Origin: Acidimicrobiia bacterium
GTDB lineage: Bacteria; Actinomycetota; Acidimicrobiia; IMCC26256; JACDBD01
Direction: 5' to 3'
Assembly (NCBI GenBank): GCA_050743365.1
Contig: JBOGFI010000254.1
Span: 2,473-66,472, forward strand
Length of the DNA stretch: 64,000 nucleotides
The notes below the pieces were generated by a model. It was not told the origin of the DNA. It saw nothing but the letters and a program-made list of their open reading frames with translations, and did not search any database. Within the stretch, counting starts at the first letter, position 1. Every line of letters starts with the position of its first letter. This document shows positions 8,218-16,495 of this stretch, one piece after another. A program made the translations under genes and the position numbers.

Positions 8218-10128
8218 CTAGAACTCCAGCTTCACGATCTTCTTGAGCCAGAGCCCGCCGCCGAGAAGCAGCAGGGCCCCGAAGCCGAGCATGATGCGAC
8301 CGATGGTGGATCCGGTCATCTCCGCCATGTACTCGGGGTTCATGAAGTTGATGACCAGGAACATGGCGAACGGGAGGCCGAACAGGATGGCGGCCGAGAG
8401 GCGGCCCTCGGCGCTCAGCGCCCTGATCTGCCGGCGGAGGCGGTCGCGGTCACGGATCGTCGCCGCCACCGTGTCGAGGACCTCGGTGAGGTCGCCGCCG
8501 ACCTCACGGTGGATGTCGATCGCCTGCACGACCCACTCGAAGTCCTCGTTCCCCATCCGACGGGCGAGGGAATGGAGCGACTCCGAGACGTTGCGCCCCA
8601 GCCGGGTCTCGATGACCACCCGGCCGAACTCCTCCGCGGTCGGGGAGTCCGCCTCGCGGGCAACCGCGTCGAGCGCCTGGAGCATGCCGTAGCCGGCGCG
8701 CAGGCTGCCCGAGAGCAGCTGGAGGGTGTCGCCGAGCTGTGAGCCGAACTTCGACCGCCGGCGCTCGGCGAGAACCGACACGCTGAACCGGAAGCCGAGG
8801 AGCACGAGCACGCCGAGGACGGCACCGATGATCGGGCCCGCCACCAGCATGGCGATGACGAATGACACGAACGAGCTGGTGATCGCGAGCACGATGAACT
8901 CGCCCGGGCGCACGGCCATCCCTGCGTACTCGAGCGCGTCGGTCAGCGCCCGCCGCCGCCCCCGCTGCTCGAGTGACCGCTCGGCGAGCTGCGTGGCCCG
9001 GTTGGTGAGCTCGCTCAGCTGGCCTCGGTGCCAGCCCTTCTGGAGGATGCGCGTTCGCTCGGCCTTCCGCCGCTTGCGCGGCGCCATCAGGATCAGGCCG
9101 GCGACGAGCAGCGCCGTGAACATCGACACCAGGCCGACGGGCAGCGCCCAGTCGCCGCCGGGCGCCTCCACGATCGTGGGCCTGGCGGCGGCGACCGCCT
9201 CGGGGTCGGGCCCCGTCGGCGCCGCCGGGAGCTCGATCACCCGCTGGATGCCCGCGGCGACGTCACCCTCACGGAGATCGATCTCGAGCTCCGAGGGGCG
9301 ACCCTTGCCCTCGGCGTCGAACGTGAGCTGGTACTGGTTGACGAGCAGCGTCGCGATCGAGTCGTACACACCTTGCAGGGCGTTCTCGTCGGCGGCCTCG
9401 ATGACCTGGCCGTTGGCGGCCTCGGCCATGGTCTCCAGCGCAGCGGGGTCACTGTCGCCGGTCTGCACGTTCACCGCGTACAGCGCGACACCGGAGGCCG
9501 CGAGGCTGGAACTCGCACTATCCAGGGAACTCGCGCTCCTGGTGTCAGCGCCGTTGGACAGCAAGATGATGACTCGCTGGGCGTCCGGCGAGAACTGCTC
9601 GAGCGCGGTGTTCAGCCCGTCGTAGAGCGCAGTCTCACCCTGCTCTTCGAGCGCGTCGATAGCGGCGGCGGCGGCATCGACGTCTGTCGTCAGGGGCTGG
9701 GCCACGTACGGGGCGTCGCCGAAGCCGAGCACCGCGACTTCCGTCTTGGCCGTCATGCGGTCGAGGAAATCCCTTGCGGCGACCTTGGAGGCGTCGAGGG
9801 AGGACGGGAATCCCTCGGGAAGCGACCCCACGAGTGCGCCCGCGGACGTATCGATGACGATCGCGATCTCGATCTGGCTCCCCTCGACCCTCTCGACGCT
9901 CGTCCTGCGCTTCTCGCCGTCCTGGCGCACCTCGAACGACTTCGCGTCGAGCTCGAGCTCGGCGAGCTCACCGGTGGGGGCAACCGTCACCGTCATTTCC
10001 GGGAAGTTGCGCTTGTCGATCGAGACGAACTCGAGCCCTTCGGTCTCCTGGGCGCCTGCGGTCCCGGCGAGCGCGGTGGCGAGCGCGAGGGCGCCGGCGA
10101 GGCCCGCGGTGAGCGGCCGGCGGATCAC
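8218..10128 (-). CDS. tadB: Signal peptide + von Willebrand A domain fused to the Tad platform protein TadB (T2SSF)
   Basis: The preferred start is GTG 10128, which overlaps the tadA stop as GTGA. The ORF-track start at 10152 is the alternative. N-terminus reads IRRPLTAGLAGALALATALAGTAGAQE. VWA signatures are IAIVIDTSAG, GETALYDGL and VIILLSNGADT. After a TM comes a T2SSF domain (LGDTLQLLSGSLRAGYGMLQALDAV...FEWVVQAIDIHREVGGDL). Confidence 0.85.
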   Translation of the reverse strand: MIRRPLTAGLAGALALATALAGTAGAQETEGLEFVSIDKRNFPEMTVTVAPTGELAELELDAKSFEVRQDGEKRRTSVERVEGSQIEIAIVIDTSAGALVGSLPEGFPSSLDASKVAARDFLDRMTAKTEVAVLGFGDAPYVAQPLTTDVDAAAAAIDALEEQGETALYDGLNTALEQFSPDAQRVIILLSNGADTRSASSLDSASSSLAASGVALYAVNVQTGDSDPAALETMAEAANGQVIEAADENALQGVYDSIATLLVNQYQLTFDAEGKGRPSELEIDLREGDVAAGIQRVIELPAAPTGPDPEAVAAARPTIVEAPGGDWALPVGLVSMFTALLVAGLILMAPRKRRKAERTRILQKGWHRGQLSELTNRATQLAERSLEQRGRRRALTDALEYAGMAVRPGEFIVLAITSSFVSFVIAMLVAGPIIGAVLGVLVLLGFRFSVSVLAERRRSKFGSQLGDTLQLLSGSLRAGYGMLQALDAVAREADSPTAEEFGRVVIETRLGRNVSESLHSLARRMGNEDFEWVVQAIDIHREVGGDLTEVLDTVAATIRDRDRLRRQIRALSAEGRLSAAILFGLPFAMFLVINFMNPEYMAEMTGSTIGRIMLGFGALLLLGGGLWLKKIVKLEF

Positions 10129-11558
10129 TGGACCAACCCGCCCGCCTGCCACCCGGTCGGATCGAACCCGAAGAGCGACGCCTCGAGCCGGATGCCGGCG
10201 TCGTTCAGCTTCTCCTCGAACTTCGGCCGCATGCCCGTCGCGTGGATCGTGTTGGCGAACTTGCCGTCGGCGTCCATGCCGGCGCTCCAGTCGAACAGGA
10301 AGAGCTCGGTGAGGGTGATGATGTCGCCCTCCATCCCGTCGACCTCGACGATGTGGGTGATGCGGCGGGTGCCGTCACGAAGGCGCGAGGTGTGGACGAT
10401 GAGGTCGACGGCCGAGGCGACCTGCTCCCGGATGGCGCGGACGGGCAGCTCGAACCCGGCCATCAGCACCATGGTCTCGAGGCGGGCGAGCGCGTCACGC
10501 GGGGTGTTGGCGTGCAGCGTCGACAGCGAGCCCTCGTGGCCGGTGTTCATGGCCTGGAGCATGTCGAGCGCCTCGCCGCTGCGGACCTCGCCGACGATGA
10601 TGCGGTCGGGTCGCATGCGCAGGGAGTTGCGCACCAGGTCGCGGATCGTGACCGTGCCCTTGCCCTCGATGTTGGGCGGGCGAGCCTCGAGCCTGACGAC
10701 GTGGTCCTGGTGGAGCCGGAGCTCGACCGCGTCCTCGATGGTCACGATGCGCTCGTCGTTGGGGATGCACGACGACAAGACGTTGAGGAGGGTGGTCTTG
10801 CCGGAGCCGGTCCCGCCGGTGACGAGGGTGTTGAGCTTCCCGGACACACATGCGGCCAGGAAGTCGGAGATCTGGGGGGTCAGCGTGCGGAAGGCGACGA
10901 GGTTGTCGATCGTGTACCCGCCCGACGCGAACTTGCGGATCGTGAGCGCAGGACCGTCGACCGCGAGGGGCGGGATGATCGCGTTCACGCGGGAGCCGTC
11001 CGGCAGGCGGGCGTCGACCATGGGCGACGACTCGTCGATGCGGCGTCCGACCTTCGACACGATGCGCTCGATCACGCGCCGGAGGTGCTCGTCAGAGGCG
11101 AAGCGGGCGTCGGTCTCCCTCAGCTTGCCCTCGCGCTCGATAAAGATCGGCTCGAGGCTGTTGACCATCACCTCCGTCACCGAAGGGTCGGTGAGGAACC
11201 GCTCCATCGGACCGTAACCGAGCACGTCGTCGCTCACGACCGCCACCAGGTGCCGGCGCTCGTCCGCCTTGAGCGGGAGCTGCTCCTCCTCGAGGAACGC
11301 GTTGAGCTCGCGCCGGACGAGCTCACGGAGCTGCTCGTCGGTGAGCGAGGGGTCGTAGAGCCGGGCGCCCAGGCGCTTGAACAGCGCGTCCTGGGCCCGC
11401 AGCTTGAGGCTGTCGAGGGGGTCGTTGGGCTCGGACGGCTCCGGGGGAGTCTCGGCCGAGTGCGCGTTGGAGTCGGGGCCGCCCGGCGACCACGCGACGC
11501 CGCCGCCGTCGGCGGGCCGGCGGGGCTCGACTTCCTTGAGGCGGTCGCTCAGCTTCAT
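10125..11558 (-). CDS. tadA: Tad pilus secretion ATPase TadA/CpaF
   Basis: Internal ATG 11558 of ORF 10125..12083, overlapping the tadZ stop as ATGA. Walker A is GGTGSGKTT. Also present are RIVTIEDAVEL, RMRPDRIIVGEVR and QAMNTGHEGSLSTLHAN. Confidence 0.95.
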   Translation of the reverse strand: MKLSDRLKEVEPRRPADGGGVAWSPGGPDSNAHSAETPPEPSEPNDPLDSLKLRAQDALFKRLGARLYDPSLTDEQLRELVRRELNAFLEEEQLPLKADERRHLVAVVSDDVLGYGPMERFLTDPSVTEVMVNSLEPIFIEREGKLRETDARFASDEHLRRVIERIVSKVGRRIDESSPMVDARLPDGSRVNAIIPPLAVDGPALTIRKFASGGYTIDNLVAFRTLTPQISDFLAACVSGKLNTLVTGGTGSGKTTLLNVLSSCIPNDERIVTIEDAVELRLHQDHVVRLEARPPNIEGKGTVTIRDLVRNSLRMRPDRIIVGEVRSGEALDMLQAMNTGHEGSLSTLHANTPRDALARLETMVLMAGFELPVRAIREQVASAVDLIVHTSRLRDGTRRITHIVEVDGMEGDIITLTELFLFDWSAGMDADGKFANTIHATGMRPKFEEKLNDAGIRLEASLFGFDPTGWQAGGLVQ

Positions 11559-12769
11559 CTCGAGGCTTTCCTCCGACGGCGGATGCTGCCGCTCCCGCCT
11601 GCGTTCGCCTGGCGGACCGCACCGGCCGGCGCGAACCGCTGCACCAGCTCGCCCATGGCCCGGCCCGCGGGAGAGCCCGCGTCGGACTCGAGGATCGGGG
11701 TGCCGCTGTTCAACGACAGCCACATCGCCTGGGAGCTGGGCACGCTTACGTCGATCTTCATGCCGAGCGTCGACTCGATGTCGGTCGCGCTCAGCCCCAC
11801 CCGAGCGTCGGCACGGTTCAGCACGAAATGCCGGCCCTGGTTGCTCATCCCGATGATGTCGAGCGCCTCGAGCGCCTTGCGCACACCCCGGACGCACGGG
11901 ACGTCGGTCGTGCACACCATGATGAGGTCGGTGGCGAGCTCCATGGCCGCCAGCGCGTGGGCGTCGATGCCCGCCGAGGTGTCGATCACCACGTACTTGA
12001 ACTCCGTCGCCAGCGGCGTGACCACCTGGGCCAGGTGGTCGGGGTCGAGGTCGTCGGCCTGAGCCAGCGACTCGGGCGCGCACAGCGCGAACAGCTCCGC
12101 CGGGTGCGGCGTGAGCAGGACCTTGAGGGTCGTCGTGTCGAGCATCCCCGGCCGGGCGGTGTCGGCGATGGTGTGCTCGGGGGTGAGCCGGAGCGCGCTG
12201 GCCACGTCGCCGAACTGGAGGTCGAGGTCGATCAGCACAACCTGGTTGGCGGCGACCTGCGCGAGCCCCACCGCCAGGTTGGTGGCGACGGTGGTCTTGC
12301 CCGACCCGCCCTTGGGCGAGAGGATCGCGATGACCCGCCTCGTCGGCTCGCGCTTCTCCGCCTCGCCGACGAGCCTCCCGCGGCGAGTTGCCGCGGTCTC
12401 CAGAGCGCGATCGAGCGACGCGCGGAGGTCGGCGTCGGGCGCGTCGGGAGCGACGACGTCGCGCACGCCGGCGCGCACGGCCTGGGCCCAGAGGTCCCCG
12501 GTCGCGTCGGCCACGATGACCACGACGATGTCGGGCCGCTCGCGGTCGAACGCGCGTGCAAGGTCGAGGGCAGATTCGACGTGGATGCCGGGCCCGATGG
12601 CCACGACCTCGGCACCGGTATTCGACAGCTCCTCGACGACCTGCGACGGGTTGCCCTTGAGCAGGTCGTCGCGCCAGTGCCGCAGGTCGGCGGCGACGGA
12701 GTCGCCGAACGCGCGCCGGACCTGCGCTTCGAAGCCCTCGGAAGGCGTGGCGAGGACGATGCGGCTCAT
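11555..12769 (-). CDS. tadZ: TadZ/CpaE-like pilus localisation ATPase (receiver-like N-domain + MinD/ParA fold)
   Basis: 404 aa with a deviant Walker A (ILSPKGGSGKTTVATNLA). The N-terminal 120 aa look like a pseudo-receiver. Position between cpaB and tadA is canonical. Confidence 0.85.
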   Translation of the reverse strand: MSRIVLATPSEGFEAQVRRAFGDSVAADLRHWRDDLLKGNPSQVVEELSNTGAEVVAIGPGIHVESALDLARAFDRERPDIVVVIVADATGDLWAQAVRAGVRDVVAPDAPDADLRASLDRALETAATRRGRLVGEAEKREPTRRVIAILSPKGGSGKTTVATNLAVGLAQVAANQVVLIDLDLQFGDVASALRLTPEHTIADTARPGMLDTTTLKVLLTPHPAELFALCAPESLAQADDLDPDHLAQVVTPLATEFKYVVIDTSAGIDAHALAAMELATDLIMVCTTDVPCVRGVRKALEALDIIGMSNQGRHFVLNRADARVGLSATDIESTLGMKIDVSVPSSQAMWLSLNSGTPILESDAGSPAGRAMGELVQRFAPAGAVRQANAGGSGSIRRRRKASR

Positions 12770-13524
12770 GAGTAGACGTTCTCGAGGACGACGGTCTTCG
12801 TGCCCGCCTCGTCGGCGTCCTTGGGCTCGGCGACCAGCCAGATGTGGCCGAACTCGGCGACGAACACGGTCCGTTCCACGTCCGGCGCGCTCAGCGCCAG
12901 GCTGATCAGGAATCGACCCGAGGGGGCCTGGCCCGCCCGGTCGCCCTCGGCCTCGGCGCCTTGGTCGCCGCCCGACCCTGGGCTCGTCTCGACCTGCACG
13001 TTGGTGACCCGCACCTTGTGCAGCAGCACGTGGGTCTGGTTGGGGCTCTTGGTCCCATCGGGGCTGTCGAACGGGTCGAACGAGGACACGACGCCGACGA
13101 GGTCGCCGGGCTTGATGACCCCGCCCATCGCGCGCTCGGGCTCGAGCGCAACGGTGGCCTGGAGGAGGTTCTCGCCCTCCTGGGCGCCGGGAGCGCCGCT
13201 ACCGGTCCCCTCGACGAAGCGCGCCTTGACGACCTGCTCGTTGGGGAGGAGGTCGGTCTCGGCGACGCGGTCGCCGAGCTGGCGGAGGCTGGTGATCGCG
13301 CCCTCGGCGCGCACCTTCTGGGGGATCCGCTCGAACTCGACCTTGCCCTCGAGCTCGTCGGCCGGGGTCCCGGCGTCGATGGGCTCCGCGGCCACGAGCA
13401 CCTTCACCGTCCTCTCGCCGGCGAGGGCGCGGTCCTCGGCGCCCTTCACGTAGCTCACGAGCACGACGGTGCCGAGCAGGGCCAGCACGACGGCGCCGAC
13501 GATGCCGATCATTCTGCGCTTCAC
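12766..13524 (-). CDS. cpaB: Flp pilus assembly protein CpaB/RcpC-like
   Basis: C-terminal 252 aa of ORF 12766..13845. GTG 13524 is preceded by GGGAGGAAGAGACC. There is an N-terminal TM (MIGIVGAVVLALLGTVVLV) and a SAF-like region (VKVLVAAEPIDAGTP). The stop overlaps the tadZ start as ATGA. Confidence 0.8.
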   Translation of the reverse strand: MKRRMIGIVGAVVLALLGTVVLVSYVKGAEDRALAGERTVKVLVAAEPIDAGTPADELEGKVEFERIPQKVRAEGAITSLRQLGDRVAETDLLPNEQVVKARFVEGTGSGAPGAQEGENLLQATVALEPERAMGGVIKPGDLVGVVSSFDPFDSPDGTKSPNQTHVLLHKVRVTNVQVETSPGSGGDQGAEAEGDRAGQAPSGRFLISLALSAPDVERTVFVAEFGHIWLVAEPKDADEAGTKTVVLENVYS

Positions 13525-13625
13525 GGTCTCTTCCTCCCGTCGCCGGTGCGGCGGCTCGTTCTCCCATCGGCCGCCGCCGGCTGCTCCTGAAGGGCGAACT
13601 CGCGATCCGCGCCGCCCGACTGCTC

Positions 13626-14666
13626 TCAGTCGTCGTCGTCGCCGCCGCCCGGGGGCGGGTCGACCAGGCACGCGGTGAGGGGCTCGTCGGGGTCGACGCC
13701 GCAGATGCGAACGCCGCGCACGCCGGTGTCGAGCCCGACGGTCCCGCAGCACGTACCCTGGATGACCTCGCGGCTCAGGAACTGGAGCTCGAGGTAGCGG
13801 GAGCCTTGTGAGCCGGTGGTCTTGAAGTCGATCAGCTGTACCCACACGAACGCCGCGAGCCGGAATTTCGCGTTCGAGCCGTTGCCGTACACGAGGTCGA
13901 ACACCGGCAGCGTGAACTCCTGGTTGAGGAGCCCCGAGAGCTCGCCGTCGATGCTGTTGCTGAAGGCGCCCGTGTCACCCTCGATGTCGGGCGGGGAGAG
14001 CTTGACGTTGCCGGGGTAGCCGTTCGCCACCCACTCCTTGGTCTCGGCGTTGGAGTTCGAGCCGCCGTTGAGGTCGAGCATCCCCCAGTTGCCGGGCGCG
14101 GTGGACCCACAGGCATCGGGGTGGTCCTTGTTGTACGGAATGCGGATCGTCCCCGAGTCGCCGGTGGGGCCCGTCGGGAGGTTCAGCCACGCGGTGAGCG
14201 CGGGGTGCGCGTTGATGCAGAGCCCCATGGGCCGGAGGCCGATCGCTCCCGTCGGGTAGCCGTACATCGCGTGGGTGGTCGAGGTCACGTCGGCGTCGTT
14301 GATGCCGAAGATGCCCGCGAACGTGAAGTCGATCGTGCGCTCGGCCGCGACCGTCACGTAGCCCGAGTCGGTCGCCGAGAAGGAGTGGTCCTGGCAATCG
14401 GTGACCACGGCGGCGGAATCGTTGGCGGTGACGTAGGTGTCGTCGTCGCCGGCGCAGCCGTCGAAGCCCTCGGCGTAGCTCTTGGCTGCCGCGAGCGCGC
14501 CGGCGTCGGTGCTGGTCCGCAGGCGGCGCTTCGCTCCCCAGCCGGCACCGGCGTCGATCGCGAACGCTGCGCAGGCGATGCACGTGGTCGTGAGGATCGC
14601 GGTCATGGCCAGCACGGCCCCGCGCTCACGGTCGCGACCCGCGCGACGACGAAACGTCATTCGCAT
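13626..14666 (-). CDS. TadG-like / TadE-G family pilus-associated protein (candidate minor pilin or tip protein)
   Basis: Start at ATG 14666 (MRMTFRRRAGRDRERGAVLAMTAIL...FAIDAG), preceded by GGGGGGAG. ATG 14660 (ATGA with the tadE stop) is the alternative. The C-terminal region has GNWGMLDLNGGSNS, a pattern seen in TadG-type proteins. The tail is Cys-rich and acidic. Confidence 0.7.
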   Translation of the reverse strand: MRMTFRRRAGRDRERGAVLAMTAILTTTCIACAAFAIDAGAGWGAKRRLRTSTDAGALAAAKSYAEGFDGCAGDDDTYVTANDSAAVVTDCQDHSFSATDSGYVTVAAERTIDFTFAGIFGINDADVTSTTHAMYGYPTGAIGLRPMGLCINAHPALTAWLNLPTGPTGDSGTIRIPYNKDHPDACGSTAPGNWGMLDLNGGSNSNAETKEWVANGYPGNVKLSPPDIEGDTGAFSNSIDGELSGLLNQEFTLPVFDLVYGNGSNAKFRLAAFVWVQLIDFKTTGSQGSRYLELQFLSREVIQGTCCGTVGLDTGVRGVRICGVDPDEPLTACLVDPPPGGGDDDD

Positions 14667-15061
14667 CGGAACTCCCCCCGTCCGGTGAGGTCGACGGTCT
14701 GGCTGCCCCAGAGCGGGATGTCGACGGCGCTGGTGGTCTGAATCGTGACGACCACCGTCTCCCCCGAACGTTGGTCGCAGGGCCGCGTCGCCGACGGGCT
14801 CACCGAGACCGAGGGGCTCGTGTCGAACGAGATGCCGTCGAGCGCGTCCGTGACGCGATCGCTGATCTCGTCCTGGGTCGTCTGGGGGAGCGACGCCAGG
14901 CGCGCCCCTTCCCGCGCGGCGGCGTGGAGCCCCTGCTGGCGGTTGTACTGGATGCTGAACTGCACGATGCCGAACACGATCAGCACCAGCACCGGCAAGA
15001 TGATCGCGAACTCGACCGCAGCCGCGCCCCGCTCGTCCCGTGATCGCAACCGACGCTGCAT
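14657..15061 (-). CDS. tadE: TadE-family pseudopilin-like protein
   Basis: MQRRLRSRDERGAAAVEFAIILPVLVLIVFGIVQF is the TadE N-terminal signature. The start is ATG 15061, with GTG 15076 as the ORF-track alternative. Confidence 0.8.
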   Translation of the reverse strand: MQRRLRSRDERGAAAVEFAIILPVLVLIVFGIVQFSIQYNRQQGLHAAAREGARLASLPQTTQDEISDRVTDALDGISFDTSPSVSVSPSATRPCDQRSGETVVVTIQTTSAVDIPLWGSQTVDLTGRGEFRCE

Positions 15062-15066
15062 GGCCG

Positions 15067-15246
15067 TCACCACCACTGGACCGACTCGAACAGCCCCTGC
15101 ACGGTGCCGCCGAGCAACGCGACACTGGCGATCGCCACGGCCGCGATGAGCGCGACCAGCATCCCGTACTCGACGGCGGTCGCTCCGCGCTGCGGGTGGA
15201 AGTAGAGCTTCAGCGGACGATGGACGTCGTCCGGGCGGGGCGCCAT
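15067..15246 (-). CDS. flp: Flp-family type IVb pilin (second copy)
   Basis: 59 aa from ATG 15246: MAPRPDDVHRPLKLYFHPQRG/ATAVEYGMLVALIAAVAIASVALLGG. It carries the G/ATAVEYG prepilin processing motif and a hydrophobic helix. Confidence 0.8.
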   Translation of the reverse strand: MAPRPDDVHRPLKLYFHPQRGATAVEYGMLVALIAAVAIASVALLGGTVQGLFESVQWW

Positions 15247-15274
15247 GACGTGACCCCTTCTTGACAGTTGGGTA

Positions 15275-15318
15275 GGGCCGGCAGCCCGGAAGCCTGGTGG
15301 CTTCCGACCTGCCGGCCC
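15275..15318 (-). promoter_or_regulatory. Long two-tier stem-loop between flp1 and flp2 (possible attenuator or mRNA-stabilising hairpin)
   Basis: The outer stem GGGCCGGCAG/CTGCCGGCCC is 10 bp and the inner stem CGGAAGCC/GGCTTCCG is 8 bp, with a TGGT loop. No U-tract follows on the transcribed strand. Confidence 0.5.
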
Positions 15319-15335
15319 ACCTGGTTCGAGACCTC

Positions 15336-15512
15336 TCAGGCGCCGAGCTTGCCCGAGATCGTGGTGAACGCGGCGTTGATCTGCGTCCCGAGGGTCACGA
15401 CCACGGCCACGATGACGGCCGCGATCAGGGCGACCAGCATGCCGTACTCGACGGCGGTGGCACCCCGCTCCTCGTGACGGATCGCCAGAAGGTAGGCGAA
15501 GAGTCGCTGCAT
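15336..15512 (-). CDS. flp: Flp-family type IVb pilin (first copy)
   Basis: 58 aa from ATG 15512, preceded by GAGAGGAGAAAGAACC: MQRLFAYLLAIRHEERG/ATAVEYGMLVALIAAVIVAVVVTLG. The core RGATAVEYGMLVALIAAV is identical to flp2. Confidence 0.85.
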   Translation of the reverse strand: MQRLFAYLLAIRHEERGATAVEYGMLVALIAAVIVAVVVTLGTQINAAFTTISGKLGA

Positions 15513-15670
15513 GGTTCTTTCTCCTCTCGAAGTGCCCCCGCCTTTGCGGCGGCGTTCCTGGTATCGGCCGCGCCTGCCGGAAACCTTGAGGAGAAATCGC
15601 GCAGCCAGTGAGATCCGCAGCCACACATTGTGGCTACCGAGCCCCGGGCACGGTCTGCAATCATCACGTC

Positions 15671-16492
15671 GTGATCGACGAGGGCGTCTCGGACCTCATC
15701 GAGACGCGCCTGCTGGTGCTCACCTGGAACGTGTGGTGGCGCTTCGGGCCCTGGGAGGCGCGCCAACCGGCCATCGCCGCAACCCTCCGGCGGGTCGACG
15801 CCGACGTGGTCGCGCTCCAGGAGGTGTGGGGCGAGGTGGGCGGTTCGAGCCAGGCGGCGACGCTGGCCGAGGGGCTCGGCTACCACCACGCCTTCGCGCC
15901 CGGCTTCGACGACGGCGACCTCGCCTTCGGCAACGCGATCCTCTCGCGGTGGCCGATCGCGGCGACCGAGGCGAAGCCGCTCCCGACCCTCGAGGGCGTC
16001 GACGAGCTGAGGGTCGCGCTCAAGGCCGAGATCGACGGGCCGCGCGGCCGCTTCGAGGTGTACACGACCCACCTCAACTGGCGGTACGACGAAAGCCGTG
16101 TCCGGCAGCTCCAGGTGCGTGCGCTGGCCGAGATGATGGCGGAGTCGCGGGGGCGTACCTACCCGGCGATCCTGTGCGGTGATTTCAACGCCGAGCCGGA
16201 CTCTGACGAGGTGCGCATGCTGACCGGTCGCGCCGCGGTTCCGGTACCCCGCCTCGTGTTCGTCGACGCATGGGACGTCGCCGGCGACGGGCCCGGCTAC
16301 ACCTGGGCGAATGCCAACCCGTTTGCGGCCCGCGACCTCGAGGCCGACCGACGCATCGACTACGTGCTCGTGGGCTGGCGCAAGGACCGCGGAGCGGGAC
16401 ACGTGGTCGCAGCGCGAGTCGAGGGCATCGAGCCGGTCGACGGTGTCCATCCGTCCGACCACTACGGGGTGCTGGCCGAGCTGCGCTACTGA
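15671..16492 (+). CDS. Endonuclease/exonuclease/phosphatase (EEP) family protein
   Basis: LVLTWNVWW...DADVVALQEV...GNAILSRWPI...LCGDFNAEPDSDE...IDYVLV...SDHYGVLAEL are the EEP catalytic motifs. The start is uncertain: GTG 15671 is chosen, and the ORF-track start at 15608 would cross the flp promoter palindrome. Confidence 0.8.
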   Translation: MIDEGVSDLIETRLLVLTWNVWWRFGPWEARQPAIAATLRRVDADVVALQEVWGEVGGSSQAATLAEGLGYHHAFAPGFDDGDLAFGNAILSRWPIAATEAKPLPTLEGVDELRVALKAEIDGPRGRFEVYTTHLNWRYDESRVRQLQVRALAEMMAESRGRTYPAILCGDFNAEPDSDEVRMLTGRAAVPVPRLVFVDAWDVAGDGPGYTWANANPFAARDLEADRRIDYVLVGWRKDRGAGHVVAARVEGIEPVDGVHPSDHYGVLAELRY

Positions 16493-16495
16493 CGC

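Noticed and set aside
12766-13845. N-terminal extensions of several ORF-track entries: 12766..13845, 13626..15125, 10125..12083, 6431..7933, 57976..59604, 52125..54044, 21210..23096, 43366..44709, 51320..52387
   Set aside because: The extensions overlap the preceding gene, are R/P-rich, and skip internal starts that have Shine-Dalgarno sequences or ATGA/GTGA coupling. I trimmed each to the supported start.
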